64,000 bases of DNA from Candidatus Marinacidobacterales bacterium (GCA_965237955.1 OZ250169.1:4224001-4288000); one strand, 5' to 3'. Positions 31,518 through 41,812 are shown, numbered from the stretch's first letter. Program-made: numbers and translations. The notes: generated by a model from the sequence alone, not told the origin.

Positions 31518-32900
31518 ATGAACAAACGAAGGAAGAGCAAAGCGGCGAAGCGTCTCTCACGGAATTCCCTGCCGTCGATACGACCGATGGTAGCGGGCAT
31601 CGATCTCGGGAGTCGAGAGCATTGGGTCTGCGGTCCGCAGCTAGCTGATGGTCGGCCGAACGTGCGGGTGTTTTCCACGACAACGCCGGCGCTGGTTGAG
31701 CTTGCGGATTGGCTTATCGAGCAAGGTGTGGAGTCGGTGGCGATGGAAAGCACCCACGTCTATTGGATTCCGGTTTATGAGTTGCTCGAATCCCGTGGTA
31801 TCGAGGTCGTTCTTGTCAACGCTCGGCAGCTGAAGAACGTTCCGGGTCGCAAAACCGATATGCAAGATTGTCAATGGCTGCAGACGTTACACAGCTGCGG
31901 ACTTCTGCGTGGCTCGTTTCGCCCGGGGGAGTCGATTTGCCGATTACGCTCGATGCACCGGCAGCGTCAAGAACTAATCGAGCATCGGGGCCAAGCCGTC
32001 CAATGGATGCAGAAGGCTCTGGACCAGATGAACGTGCAAGTCCACCGTGCGGTGACCGACATTACCGGTAAGACCGGAATGCTCATCGTTCGTGCCATCG
32101 TTTCTGGCGAACGTGACCCGATGAAGCTCGCCGAGTTTCGAGATCATCGATGCAAGAAAAGCGTAGACGAAATCGCAGAGCATCTCACCGGCACTTGGCG
32201 TGACGAGCATCTTTTCAATCTCGCATCGGCGCTGCGCCTTTACGATGTGCTACAAGCCGAAATCGAACTCTACGACCAGCGTATCCGTGAAGTGGTCATC
32301 GAGCTTCAGCCGACCGAGCGCAGACACGACAGTGTGCCCGCTCATCCGAACCCGAACAAGCAAAGCGCCATGCGGCGCCGCGGCGAGCAGGAACAGCGAA
32401 CCGAACTGTGGCGTTTTGCTGGATGCGATCTCACCCGCATCGACGGCATCAGCCCCGATACCGCCGCGATCCTACTCACCGAGGTCGGGTTCGACCTCTC
32501 TGCCTTCCCCAGTGAAAATCACTTTGTCTCGTGGCTCCGTCTTGCGCCGCGCCGCCCCATCTCGGGTGGAAAGCTACTCTACAAACGCCCCAATGGCACC
32601 GGCTCCAACCGTATCGCCGGTGCCTTACGCATGGCTGCATTGTCACTCAACCGTTCGAAGACCGCACTTGGTGCTTACTATCGCCGCATCGCCCGACGTA
32701 AAGACGCTAAAACCGCGATCTTTGCCACCGCAAGAAAGCTCGCTCAGCTCGTCTTCCGCATGCTCAAATATGGTCACGAATACACAGACATCGGTGCATC
32801 TGCCTTCGAGGAGCGCTTTCGCCGAAACCACATCAACGGCTTGCGAAAGGCAGCCGAAAAGCTCGGCTTTACACTCACTCCCGAGGCTGCTGCAAAGTAG
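31518..32900 (+). CDS. IS110 DEDD recombinase/transposase
   Basis: GIDLG, VAMEST, GRKTDMQD, C-terminal ISGGK serine motif, ATARKLA. Confidence 0.95.
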   Translation: MNKRRKSKAAKRLSRNSLPSIRPMVAGIDLGSREHWVCGPQLADGRPNVRVFSTTTPALVELADWLIEQGVESVAMESTHVYWIPVYELLESRGIEVVLVNARQLKNVPGRKTDMQDCQWLQTLHSCGLLRGSFRPGESICRLRSMHRQRQELIEHRGQAVQWMQKALDQMNVQVHRAVTDITGKTGMLIVRAIVSGERDPMKLAEFRDHRCKKSVDEIAEHLTGTWRDEHLFNLASALRLYDVLQAEIELYDQRIREVVIELQPTERRHDSVPAHPNPNKQSAMRRRGEQEQRTELWRFAGCDLTRIDGISPDTAAILLTEVGFDLSAFPSENHFVSWLRLAPRRPISGGKLLYKRPNGTGSNRIAGALRMAALSLNRSKTALGAYYRRIARRKDAKTAIFATARKLAQLVFRMLKYGHEYTDIGASAFEERFRRNHINGLRKAAEKLGFTLTPEAAAK

Positions 32901-32961
32901 TTTCCGGTCAGGAAGTCTGCACGAAGGTCGCAGGCTCGCCGACGTCGTAGAGGGTGCAGAG

Positions 32962-33545
32962 CCAGCGGTTCCTCTGCCGATGGCAGACAGGATCTCAAAG
33001 GGTCCGAGCTCGATCACCTCCTCTGTTTTTGCGTAAGCGCCGGGCACGTATTTCAAACCGCTGGAAAGACCAACGGCGCCTTCGAGGGTCTTCATTGTTC
33101 GGCGTCGCCACGCGTGTCACCGCGCACACTTTCGAGTAAGAGATCTCGCCCTTGCCCATGGATTCGCTGATGAGGGGCAAGTTAGCCAAAGCGCGGGCCA
33201 AGCGGATTTTCTCGCGAGTCGGTCGAGAACGAAGACTCGTTTCAAGCACGAAACGCGTTCTGGCACGACCCCCGGCCGAAATCTACCGCTCGATGACCCT
33301 CAGCTCCAGGTGGGAGGGATGCTGCGCAGAGCGGTAGACACGATGTCGCCGACGTCCAGCGGTTCCTCTGCCGATGGCAGACAGGATCTCAAAGGGTCCG
33401 AGCTCGATCACCTCCTCTGTTTTTGCGTAAGCGCCGGGCACGTATTTCAAACCGCTGGAAAGACCAACGGCGCCTTCGAGGGTCTTCATTGTTCGGCGTC
33501 GCCACGCGTGTCACCGCGCACACTTTCGAGTAAGAGATCTCGCCC
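32962..33545. repeat. 190-bp direct repeat (32962-33151 / 33356-33545) made of kinase and DUF222/HNH-like fragments
   Basis: Identical by eye. The minus strand encodes ELGPFEILSAIGRG and GEISYSKVCAVTRVATPNNE. Confidence 0.9.
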
Positions 33546-35402
33546 GCTTTCTGGAAGTCATCGTCCGAGGCGGAGCTCCAGGTGGGAGGGATGCTAAATG
33601 TCATCGTCCGAGGCCACGAACGTCTGGGGATTTCGATCGATGACGGGAAACCAGCTGCTCTGAACGTGAACCATGATCCGGTGCCCCTTCTTGAACGTGT
33701 GGCTGCGGTCGCGCAGATCGAAGGCGAGCCGTGTGATCTCTCCCGGGACCAGGGGCTGCGGCTCGCTGTAACTGCTGCGGAACTTGGCGCGAAAGACCTC
33801 ACCGGCCAGTAGCATCTCGAAATTTCCCATGCGAACGCCGCTCGGATTGGGCTCTCGATCGAGATGATCGCCGGGCAGGACGTCGATGAGCTTCACCACG
33901 AAATCGGCGTCGGTGCCGGTGGTCGAGACATCGAGCTTCGCGATGATGGGCCCGGCAATGGTGACATCCTCGGTGAGGACGTCGGTCTCGTAGACGAGTA
34001 CGTCGGGTCGTCGCGATGCGAAGCGCTGGTCCTCGATCATCCAGAGATGCCCCTGGGTAGTGCGAATCTCCGCCGAGAAAGGCACGGGTCTGTCGGGGTC
34101 GCTGATGTAGCTGTCGAAGACCTCCCCTCTTTCCACCGACTCGCCGGGCCGCTCGAAGGAAAGCTTGCCATCCCCGTGGAAATAAAGCTGGCGAGCGATC
34201 GCCTCGCTTGGCGGCCAGCGATCGTAGCGCCGCCACTGGTTCGCGCCGGTCTCGAAGACCACCGCCTCGGGGAGCTCCGGATCGGGAGCGTCCTTCAAGT
34301 GATGCATGAAGAAGGGAAACAACACTTCCTGCTGATAATAATGTGAGGTTTTGGAGTCGAAATCGATATGCCCCAGTGAGCTTCCGTCCATCCGCGCCCA
34401 ACCACCGTGCAGCCAGGGCCCGACGACCAGCGTGCTCTGGTTGCTAGGAATCTCCTTTTCCATCGCGTAGTAGATGCTCATCGGCCCGTAGAAATCCTCG
34501 GCGTCGAACCAGCCCGCCACGTTGAGCACCGGATGCGTGATGCCCTTCAAGTAACGGAGCAGGTTCTGCCGCTGCCAGTACTCGTCGTAGGTGCCGTGCT
34601 CCATGAACTCGTTCCAGGTCGGAACCGAGTAGTGAAAGTAACTTTCGTTCACGTTGGCGATGGGGCCCAGCTCGAGAAAGAACCGATAGCCATCGGGCGT
34701 ACCGTAGTCGAAGCCCGCTTCTCGCTCCTCGGTGAGACCGGTCCTTACCCGGGCGTTACGTGAAAGCCAGCTGAACGCATACATCAGCCGGAAGGCGCCG
34801 TTATGATGCCAGTCGTCGCCGATAAACATGTCGGAAGGCGGCGCTTGTGGCGAGGAGGCCTTCAGGGCGGGATGGGCGTCGATCATACCCATGACCGTCT
34901 GATAACCGGGATAGGAGATACCCCATTGCCCCACCCGGCCGTTGTGGTTCTCGAGATTGTCGAGCAGCCATTGGATGGTGTCGTAGTTATCCGTGCTCTC
35001 GTCGGTTGCCGAAGGACCCGCGTCCGGCGCCGCGGGAGGCCTCATGACCACGAACTCTCCCTCGGAGCGAAACTTCCCTCGCACGTCCTGGAAGACGAAG
35101 ATGAACCCTTCTCGATCGAACTCGGGTGAAGGACCAAGCTGGTCGCGGTACTCGTCGGGCCCATAGGGACGGATCGAGTAGGGCGTGCGCAGCACGAGAA
35201 AGGGATAGCGCCGGGTCTTGTCTTTGGGCTCGTAGATAATAGTGAAGAGCTTCACGCCGTCCCGCATTGGGATCATGCGCTCGGACTTGATGTAGTGCTG
35301 CCGCAGATCGAGCTCGGGTCGTGGCGCCTGCGCGAGAAGGGGAACCGAGACCAGAACAAGAAGCGATGGCCCCGGGAAGAAACGAAGGAGTTTGCTACGC
35401 AT
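33283..35402 (-). pseudogene. Secreted CocE/NonD-family (alpha-amino acid ester hydrolase-like) hydrolase with scrambled 3' end
   Basis: IPMRDGVKL, RTPY, GISYPG, GWFDAED, GPWLHG. The ORF stops at 33594, and the displaced C-terminus HRVYRSAQHPSHLELRVIER lies at 33283-33345. Confidence 0.85.
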
Positions 35403-35592
35403 GAATCGACCTCCTCTGAGCGAAGCCGTATGATATCGTGGTGTCCATCACCATGACCTGATGGAGCGCGAGATTCTTTGCCCGTCCGCAGTGCAACGTT
35501 GGGCGCTTCGAAACTAGCCCCGTGGATGAAAGGTGGCGTAACAACACGAGAAGGACCTGAGGGGGCTCTCGAAATCCGGGCAGCCTGCTGTC

Positions 35593-35770
35593 GTGCGAAA
35601 GCTGCAACGGGTCGTCTATCCGCAGTTGAGGCAACACCCGCTCTTTGGGCCGAACATCGGCAAACTCAAGGGTTACACGCCGGACCCGTGGCGGTATCGC
35701 ATTGGCGCGTGGCGATTCTTCTTTGAAATTGATGATGATGAGCGGACCGTGTTCATGACCGCGGTGGCGT
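35593..35770 (+). pseudogene. RelE/ParE-family toxin remnant with no antitoxin
   Basis: GPNIGKLKGYTPDPWRYRIGAWRFFFEIDDDERTV. Confidence 0.7.
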
Positions 35771-36167
35771 ACCCGGGTCGGTCTAAGCCCGAATCGCTGG
35801 GGGTGATCGCCAACACGAAGAAATCGATTCTGAATCTAGTCCCCCGGAGGCCCCCCTCCGCAAGGGGCTCCAGACTCAGGAGGTGAGTCACCACGACACA
35901 CGATACCGCACAACAGGCAGACCAGGGCGGCATCGCACCGATGTGGCCAGGGCACGAGGAGCCCGGTTGGAGAATCCTGGTATGTACTAAGAGACTCCCC
36001 TATCGGGAGAACACTCGACCATAGACAGAGGCAGCTCCGCGACGAATACATGTCAGGCGCTAACCAACACGCGTATTTCAAGTTGATTCACCGTCGCTTC
36101 ATGCTGCTCGTGCCCTGACCAGATGAGCGTGGGAGATCGGATGCTATAAAAAACGGTGTGCCGGGGC

Positions 36168-36195
36168 TTGACAGTTCAATACATTTCAGTACATT
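36168..36195 (+). promoter_or_regulatory. Sigma70-like promoter with no intact downstream gene
   Basis: TTGACA-N16-TACATT in an AT-rich patch. Confidence 0.45.
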
Positions 36196-36574
36196 GCTTT
36201 TCCGCCGGGCGAACTAGAAGGCGTGCTCAAGGGGTGTGGGGAACGTTATTATGGGGGGTGACTCGTGCGTTCAAAAAGGACTGGACAACGTGGCTTGCGG
36301 AGTGAAAGGTGCCAAGGCGTGCTCGTACGAGGTCGGGAAATAGACGGGTGGCGTTTCGCGGCACTGCCCTGGCTTCGGCGCAACGCTAACGGTTCATAAG
36401 GCAACGTAGACCGTGTCGCTGAAAAGGGGAGGCGAATGGGCAAGGGGCTCGGGTTTTTGTGGTGGCAAGCCGCTGCAGTCGAGGATCTTTTTTGCGGTTT
36501 GAAACTCGGTGATCAAGGAGAGGATTTTGACTTCGGCCCCCCTGCGTTGCCGGTGCCACGGTGTTGGTTGCTGG

Positions 36575-36810
36575 GGATGTTCTCACCAACGCTCTCGGCG
36601 GCGAAGAATCAGAAGGCAACGCCGAGATCCATCGAATGCGTTTGTTTGATGGCGACCGCATTCTGCTGTGTAGCGACGGCTTACACGACATGGTCGAAGA
36701 CGAAGAAATCGCGGAGATCTTGAAGCGTGAGCGGGCGTCGAATCCTGCGTGCGAGGCCCCTGGTGAAGAGCGCTCTCGACAACGGCGGTAAGGACAACGT
36801 GACCGGTCGT
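36575..36810 (+). pseudogene. PP2C protein phosphatase C-terminal remnant
   Basis: VLTNALGG, GDRILLCSDGL, then (frameshifted) ALDNGGKDNVT. Confidence 0.8.
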
Positions 36811-36853
36811 TGTCGCCGGGCCGAATTCCGGAGGTGGGCTAGGGAAAAAAATC

Positions 36854-36919
36854 AACGCCAAGGCGCCAAGACGCGAAGAGAACTGATGTCAGTCCTTTGC
36901 GTCCTTGCGCCTTTGCGTT
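36854..36919. repeat. REP-like imperfect hairpin downstream of the AcnX operon
   Basis: AACGCCAAGGCGCCAAGACGCGAAG … CTTTGCGTCCTTGCGCCTTTGCGTT with central palindrome ACTGATGTCAGT. Confidence 0.7.
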
Positions 36920-36931
36920 TTTTTCTTCTTT

Positions 36932-38218
36932 TTAGGCGTCCCAGGGGGACGGGCTTCGGACGACTTTTCCCGCTACCGCGGACTCGATGCAGTCCTCGAG
37001 GCTTCCGTATGCCACGTGCACGTCGAGTAGCCCGGGGGAGTACAAGGCGTACTTGCCGGAGTTGGTCATCAGCGTGCGAACGCTCTTCGACAGCATCGGC
37101 GTTGCCAGGATGCAGGTGTCCACCGTCAGCCGTCCCCCGAAACGCGTGAGCGGCTCGATGAGGCCGGCGGCGTCCGCGAGCTGGCGCATGATACGGCTCG
37201 TGGTTACGAGGAAGCTCACTTTGGGGTGGCGCTTTTTGCCCTCGGACATTTTTTTCTCGATCAGAGGCGCGAGCTGGCGGAACTCGTCGAGGGAGAAGTG
37301 CGGGCTCCCAAGAATAACGAGCTCGAGCGTCTTGCCAATCGCAGTCGTCAGCTCCTTCCGTGCGCGACGCAGGGCTCCGACGCTGATACTGAGATTGTCA
37401 TGTTCTGCCGGGGCTTTGCCTCGCAGGGCATCCTGGAGCGTCGGGGCTTCGGGCGTTACGCCGACGATATGGAACAGCCCGACGCTGCCCGAAGAGGCTG
37501 CGGTTGCTGCCAGCGCCTTGAGCTGATTTTCGTTCGGTGAGGCGGCGAGGCCGACGATGACGGGCACCTTGTCGCCTGCGGCCTGTCCAACGAGATGTCC
37601 GAGTACCGGGTAGAAATCATCGCGCGCCGCGAGCGAGCCGGGCACCGGGGCGAGATCGAAGACGAGTTGCCCACCGCGGTTTTCGTCCAGGTGTAGTCCG
37701 GAAGCCGGGACGCGTCCGGTGAGGGCTGCACAAATATCGAGCAGGTCCGGATAGCGTTCGGTACGCGCACCGAGCACGGAGTTCGCGAACACGACCGCGT
37801 TCGACTCGCCCCACGCGATCTGTTGCCCGAGCTTCGGAGCGTGTTCCGTCTGGTACGGAGCGCAGGTCCACGTCGGGAGCGTTCCCATTTTTTGATAAGC
37901 GAGCATTTGGCGGTGCGCTTTCTCCGCCCACTCCGCCGGAACGTCCCATTCTTGCCAGTGCTCTTCGTCCAAACCACTCACGTTGAGCGTCGTGGGCACG
38001 ACGACTTGGCCACCCGATCCGGCCAGACGCTCGGCGAACTCGAGCCCAGCGTCGCCAACGTAGATGGTGCTGTCGACGTGAGCGCCCGTGATGTCGAGCA
38101 TGCGCTCCGCGCCGTAGACGTCGGCCATGCGCACGAGGATGGACATCGCCATCTTCGCAGCACGACCGAGCTCGCCCGCGAGGAGTGCTTTGTCTCTCTT
38201 CGTGAGCTCCAAGCTCAC
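36932..38218 (-). CDS. Aconitase X catalytic (large) subunit, DUF521; cis-3-hydroxyproline dehydratase-like
   Basis: AHVD, TCAPY, WGESNA, NSVLGART, GVTPEA, DTC, TNSGKYA. Confidence 0.9.
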   Translation of the reverse strand: MSLELTKRDKALLAGELGRAAKMAMSILVRMADVYGAERMLDITGAHVDSTIYVGDAGLEFAERLAGSGGQVVVPTTLNVSGLDEEHWQEWDVPAEWAEKAHRQMLAYQKMGTLPTWTCAPYQTEHAPKLGQQIAWGESNAVVFANSVLGARTERYPDLLDICAALTGRVPASGLHLDENRGGQLVFDLAPVPGSLAARDDFYPVLGHLVGQAAGDKVPVIVGLAASPNENQLKALAATAASSGSVGLFHIVGVTPEAPTLQDALRGKAPAEHDNLSISVGALRRARKELTTAIGKTLELVILGSPHFSLDEFRQLAPLIEKKMSEGKKRHPKVSFLVTTSRIMRQLADAAGLIEPLTRFGGRLTVDTCILATPMLSKSVRTLMTNSGKYALYSPGLLDVHVAYGSLEDCIESAVAGKVVRSPSPWDA

Positions 38219-39687
38219 GAGCCCCTAGTCTTTTTCAAACGGTTCAGGCGGTGGACCCAGTAGGTGTTGGTGATGACCACCACGACGACGAGCACCGAAA
38301 TTTGGATGACGGCGGTCCCAACGCTCGATTCACTCCGGAGCTTCCACCAGCCGTCGGGATCGAATTGCGTTGCCGATTGGTAGAACCACCATGCCAGCAT
38401 GGCAAGAAACTCGAGCGGCACGACGATCGAGATGACCCACACGAACCAGCTACCGATCGGGTGGTTCTCGTCCTCGGTGTTGATGAGCTCGTCCCGGAAT
38501 TTCGCCGCTCCATACTTGATGACGGTCACCGCGATGAAGAAACCGGAGAACATGAGGCCGATGCCCCAGACCCAATCCTGATTCTTGAAAAAGCCCATGA
38601 AAAACGCCGAGGGAAGGCCGAGCACGAACGACACCACGCCGACCGTGGGCACGGCGCGAGCGCGAGAAAACCCCAGGTCCATCATTATGCGAGACGCCAT
38701 TTCGAGCATGGCGATGAGCGAAGAAATCGCCGCGAAGCTCAGCGCGAGGAAGAAAATGGGGAGAAAGATTCGCCCTCCGGGCATCGACGAGAAAAGCTGC
38801 GGCATCCAGATGAACGTCAGGCCTTCGTTGCCGGCAGCGAGAGCGGCCGTGGCCTGGTCTTCCGGAAGAAGGGCGAAGACGGTACACATCACCGCGATGC
38901 CGGCGAGAAGCGAAGCGGAATTGTTGCCGAACGCGGTCGTGAGTGTCGTCAGCGTGAACGTGTCTTGTTTGCGGAAGTACACGCCATAGGTCGTCACCAG
39001 GCCCCAGCCCGCCCCGGTGCTCCACGCGGATTGGGTCAGCGCTGCCAGCCAGACTTGGTAGTTTCCGAGGTCTTCCCAGTTCGGCGTGAACAGATAGGCC
39101 AGGCCTTTCACGGCCCCGGGAAGCGTGACCGCACGGATGGCCGCGATGACGAGGAGCACGAAAAGCGCGGGGATGAGGATGCGGTTGGTGCGCTCGATAC
39201 CACGGACGACGCCTCTATAGATGATGAAGCATCCTATAGCGAGTGCTATGGCGTGGAAGATCACCGGTTGGATCGGATCGCCAGTGAATCGCGTCCAGTA
39301 ACTCTCGGCATTGTCGGCGGAGAACACCGTGCCCAAGGAAACGGTAAAGTACTTCAGACACCACCCGGTGACGACGGAGTAATAAAACATGATGAAGCAC
39401 GTCACCAGGCCCACGAAAACACCCAACCAGTTGTAGCGTTCTCCTATCAACGTTCCTATTGCGCCCGCCGGGCCGCGGCGGGTGGTCTTGCCGAGAGCGA
39501 ACTCGACGAGAAGCAGCGGGATCGCCCACGCGAACAAGAAGATCACCCAAGGGATGAGAAACGATCCTCCTCCGTTCGCGGCGGCAACTCGTGGAAAACG
39601 CCAGATGTTGCCGGTGCCGATGGCCATGCCGAGCGAGGTCAGCAGGATCCCCCATCGAGACGTGAACTCTTCTTTGGATGTGCTCAC
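38215..39687 (-). CDS. Sodium-dependent NSS-family amino-acid transporter
   Basis: GMAIGTGNIWRFP, GGGSFLIPW, about 12 TM segments. Confidence 0.93.
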   Translation of the reverse strand: MSTSKEEFTSRWGILLTSLGMAIGTGNIWRFPRVAAANGGGSFLIPWVIFLFAWAIPLLLVEFALGKTTRRGPAGAIGTLIGERYNWLGVFVGLVTCFIMFYYSVVTGWCLKYFTVSLGTVFSADNAESYWTRFTGDPIQPVIFHAIALAIGCFIIYRGVVRGIERTNRILIPALFVLLVIAAIRAVTLPGAVKGLAYLFTPNWEDLGNYQVWLAALTQSAWSTGAGWGLVTTYGVYFRKQDTFTLTTLTTAFGNNSASLLAGIAVMCTVFALLPEDQATAALAAGNEGLTFIWMPQLFSSMPGGRIFLPIFFLALSFAAISSLIAMLEMASRIMMDLGFSRARAVPTVGVVSFVLGLPSAFFMGFFKNQDWVWGIGLMFSGFFIAVTVIKYGAAKFRDELINTEDENHPIGSWFVWVISIVVPLEFLAMLAWWFYQSATQFDPDGWWKLRSESSVGTAVIQISVLVVVVVITNTYWVHRLNRLKKTRGS

Positions 39688-39693
39688 TGGCCG

Positions 39694-40878
39694 CTACACA
39701 ATGTAGTCGCGCGTAATCTTGTCTATCGATGTCGTGCCGGCTTGGCGCATGACCATTTCGAGCTCGGCGCGCATGATGGTGAGGACCGCTTCAACGCCCG
39801 GTTGACCGAACGCGCTCAGTCCCCACAGGTACGGTCGGCCGATCGCGATCGCGTCGGCGCCGAGGGCGAGTGCTTTGAAAATATCGGTGCCGCGACGAAA
39901 GCCGCCGTCGATGATGACCGGGATTCTGCCTTGCACCGCGTCGGTGATCTCCGCCAGACACTCGATCGTGCCGCGGTTGCTGGCCTCGGCGCGCCCGCCG
40001 TGGTTCGACACGACGATGCCGTCGATGCCGTCGTCGACACAAAGTGCAGCGTCCTCCCCGGTCACGATTCCCTTGATATAGACTTTCATCGTCGTCGTGT
40101 CCTGGAGCCTCTTGACGAAATCCCACGTCATGGTGCGCGGGGATCGGCCCTTGATGAGGGAGTGGTCGACGCCGTCGAACATCGGCTTGCGGTCATAATA
40201 ACCTCCCTCGACGTGGCAGATCTCGCATTGCCGTTCGTCCCGACGCTTGAAGCGCTCGGCAGTCTCCCGGTTGCTGCCACCCTGCAGGTCGACGGTCAGC
40301 GCGACCACGGGGCAGCCCGCGCCCTCGGCGCGCTGGAGCAACCGCTTGGTAATGCTCCACTCACTCGACGGATAGAGCTGGTACCAGATGGGAGCGCCTC
40401 TGGCTTCGGCCACCTCTTCCACCGAGGACGTGGTGACGGTAGAAAGAATCTGTAAGTGGCCTTGGTTGCGCGCTGCTCGAGCGACGGCGACCTCACCTTC
40501 CAGGTGGAACGCTTTCAGACTTCCGGCGGGCGCGATGACGATCGGTGTGTCCCACTTGGTTCCCATCAACTCGATGGAAGTGTCGATGTTGCTTACGTCG
40601 ATGAGTCGTCGCGTTCGGAACTGAAATTTATCGAAGCCCGTTCGATTAGCACGCACGGTACCATCGTCGTCGGTACCGGTGGCGAGATAGCCGTAGTGCG
40701 CGACGGGGAGCGTCTCCTTGGCCGCCTCGTGGAAATCGAAAACGTTGATCGCGTCTTTGGGATCCGATATCGGTCTCGATTCTTGAGCGAACCCTAGGCC
40801 TGGGTAAGCAAGGAGCGGACTAGTCGCCAAGAAGCGAAGGAATCCGCGTCGACTCTCGAGCTCGAACTTGCTGGTCAG
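39694..40878 (-). CDS. FMN-dependent alpha-hydroxy acid oxidase/dehydrogenase with a TAT-like signal
   Basis: LTVD, IKGI, VSNHGGR, DGGFRRGTD, GRPYL, SRRGFL. The likely start is CTG at 40878 after GGAGG. Confidence 0.88.
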   Translation of the reverse strand: MTSKFELESRRGFLRFLATSPLLAYPGLGFAQESRPISDPKDAINVFDFHEAAKETLPVAHYGYLATGTDDDGTVRANRTGFDKFQFRTRRLIDVSNIDTSIELMGTKWDTPIVIAPAGSLKAFHLEGEVAVARAARNQGHLQILSTVTTSSVEEVAEARGAPIWYQLYPSSEWSITKRLLQRAEGAGCPVVALTVDLQGGSNRETAERFKRRDERQCEICHVEGGYYDRKPMFDGVDHSLIKGRSPRTMTWDFVKRLQDTTTMKVYIKGIVTGEDAALCVDDGIDGIVVSNHGGRAEASNRGTIECLAEITDAVQGRIPVIIDGGFRRGTDIFKALALGADAIAIGRPYLWGLSAFGQPGVEAVLTIMRAELEMVMRQAGTTSIDKITRDYIV

Positions 40879-40918
40879 CCCTAGACCTCCGATCGTGGCT
40901 TGCGAGGATAGCACGCGG

Positions 40919-41812
40919 CTATTTGAAGATCGACTTGAGAACGTAGCCCGCAATCGCCTGGTTTTTGCGCAGTCGGCGGACCGAATACGGATACCAGTTT
41001 GGGCCGTAAGGGACGGCGACGCGCAAGCGATGCCCGGCATCGCGCACGATCTTCCTGAGCTCGCGCTCGACGCCATGAAGCATCTGGAACTCGTATTGGT
41101 GGGGCTCGAGGCCGAGCCGGTCGATGAGGCGGTACGCCTCCCACACGAGAAGCTCGTCATGGGTCGCGATACCGACGTAGCACCCCGCGCTCAAGAGCTC
41201 GTCGAGGAGCATCACGTAGTTTTCCTGGATGATCGCGCGATCGGTGTAGGCGATCTCCCGGGGCTCGAGGTACACGCCTTTACAAAGGCGTACGTTGGCA
41301 CCGACGTCGGCGAGCCGGCGCACGTCGCCGAGACTCCGGCGCATGCGGGCCTGGATCACGCAACCGAAGTTGTCGAAGTCTTCGCGGAGCCGAAAAAAGA
41401 GCTCGAGGGTATCGTCGATGGTCGGCGAGTCCTCCATGTCCATACGCACGAAGTTCCCGTGGCTTTTCGCGTGCTCCAGGATCGCGCCGATGTTTTGGTA
41501 GCAGAACTCCTTGTCGAGCTTCAGCCCGAGGTGTGTGGGTTTGATGTGGATGTTGCTGTCGAGCTTGCGCGCCGCGATCTCGTCGAGCGCTTTCTTGTAG
41601 TCGCGGACGGCTTCTTCGGACTCTTCTCGCCGGGTGACGAACTCGCCGAGAATGCCCGACGCAGCCATGAGGCCGTCCCGGTTCAATGACTCGATGACAC
41701 GGATCATATCGGCGAGCGTTTCCCCGGCGATGTAAGGGCTGGCAAAAACACGCACCATTGGCTTGGGGACGATGGGAAGCGTCGCGGCAATGAGCCTGTC
41801 GAATAGGCTCAT
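40919..41812 (-). CDS. Monofunctional proline dehydrogenase
   Basis: YIAGET, DMED, RLCKGVYLE, IATHD, EFQMLHG, YSVRRL. Confidence 0.92.
   Translation of the reverse strand: MSLFDRLIAATLPIVPKPMVRVFASPYIAGETLADMIRVIESLNRDGLMAASGILGEFVTRREESEEAVRDYKKALDEIAARKLDSNIHIKPTHLGLKLDKEFCYQNIGAILEHAKSHGNFVRMDMEDSPTIDDTLELFFRLREDFDNFGCVIQARMRRSLGDVRRLADVGANVRLCKGVYLEPREIAYTDRAIIQENYVMLLDELLSAGCYVGIATHDELLVWEAYRLIDRLGLEPHQYEFQMLHGVERELRKIVRDAGHRLRVAVPYGPNWYPYSVRRLRKNQAIAGYVLKSIFK

Larger units (their letters stand above)
31261..32911 (+). mobile_element. IS110-family element (boundaries inferred)
   Basis: TTTCAGGTCAG (31255-31265) and TTTCCGGTCAG (32901-32911) flank a ~250-nt leader and the transposase. 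Confidence 0.8.

Noticed and set aside
38251-40455. 734-aa plus-strand ORF and other long antisense ORFs (e.g. 46511-47542, 54934-56151)
   Set aside because: These are shadow or alternative frames of well-supported genes in GC-rich DNA, with no motifs.
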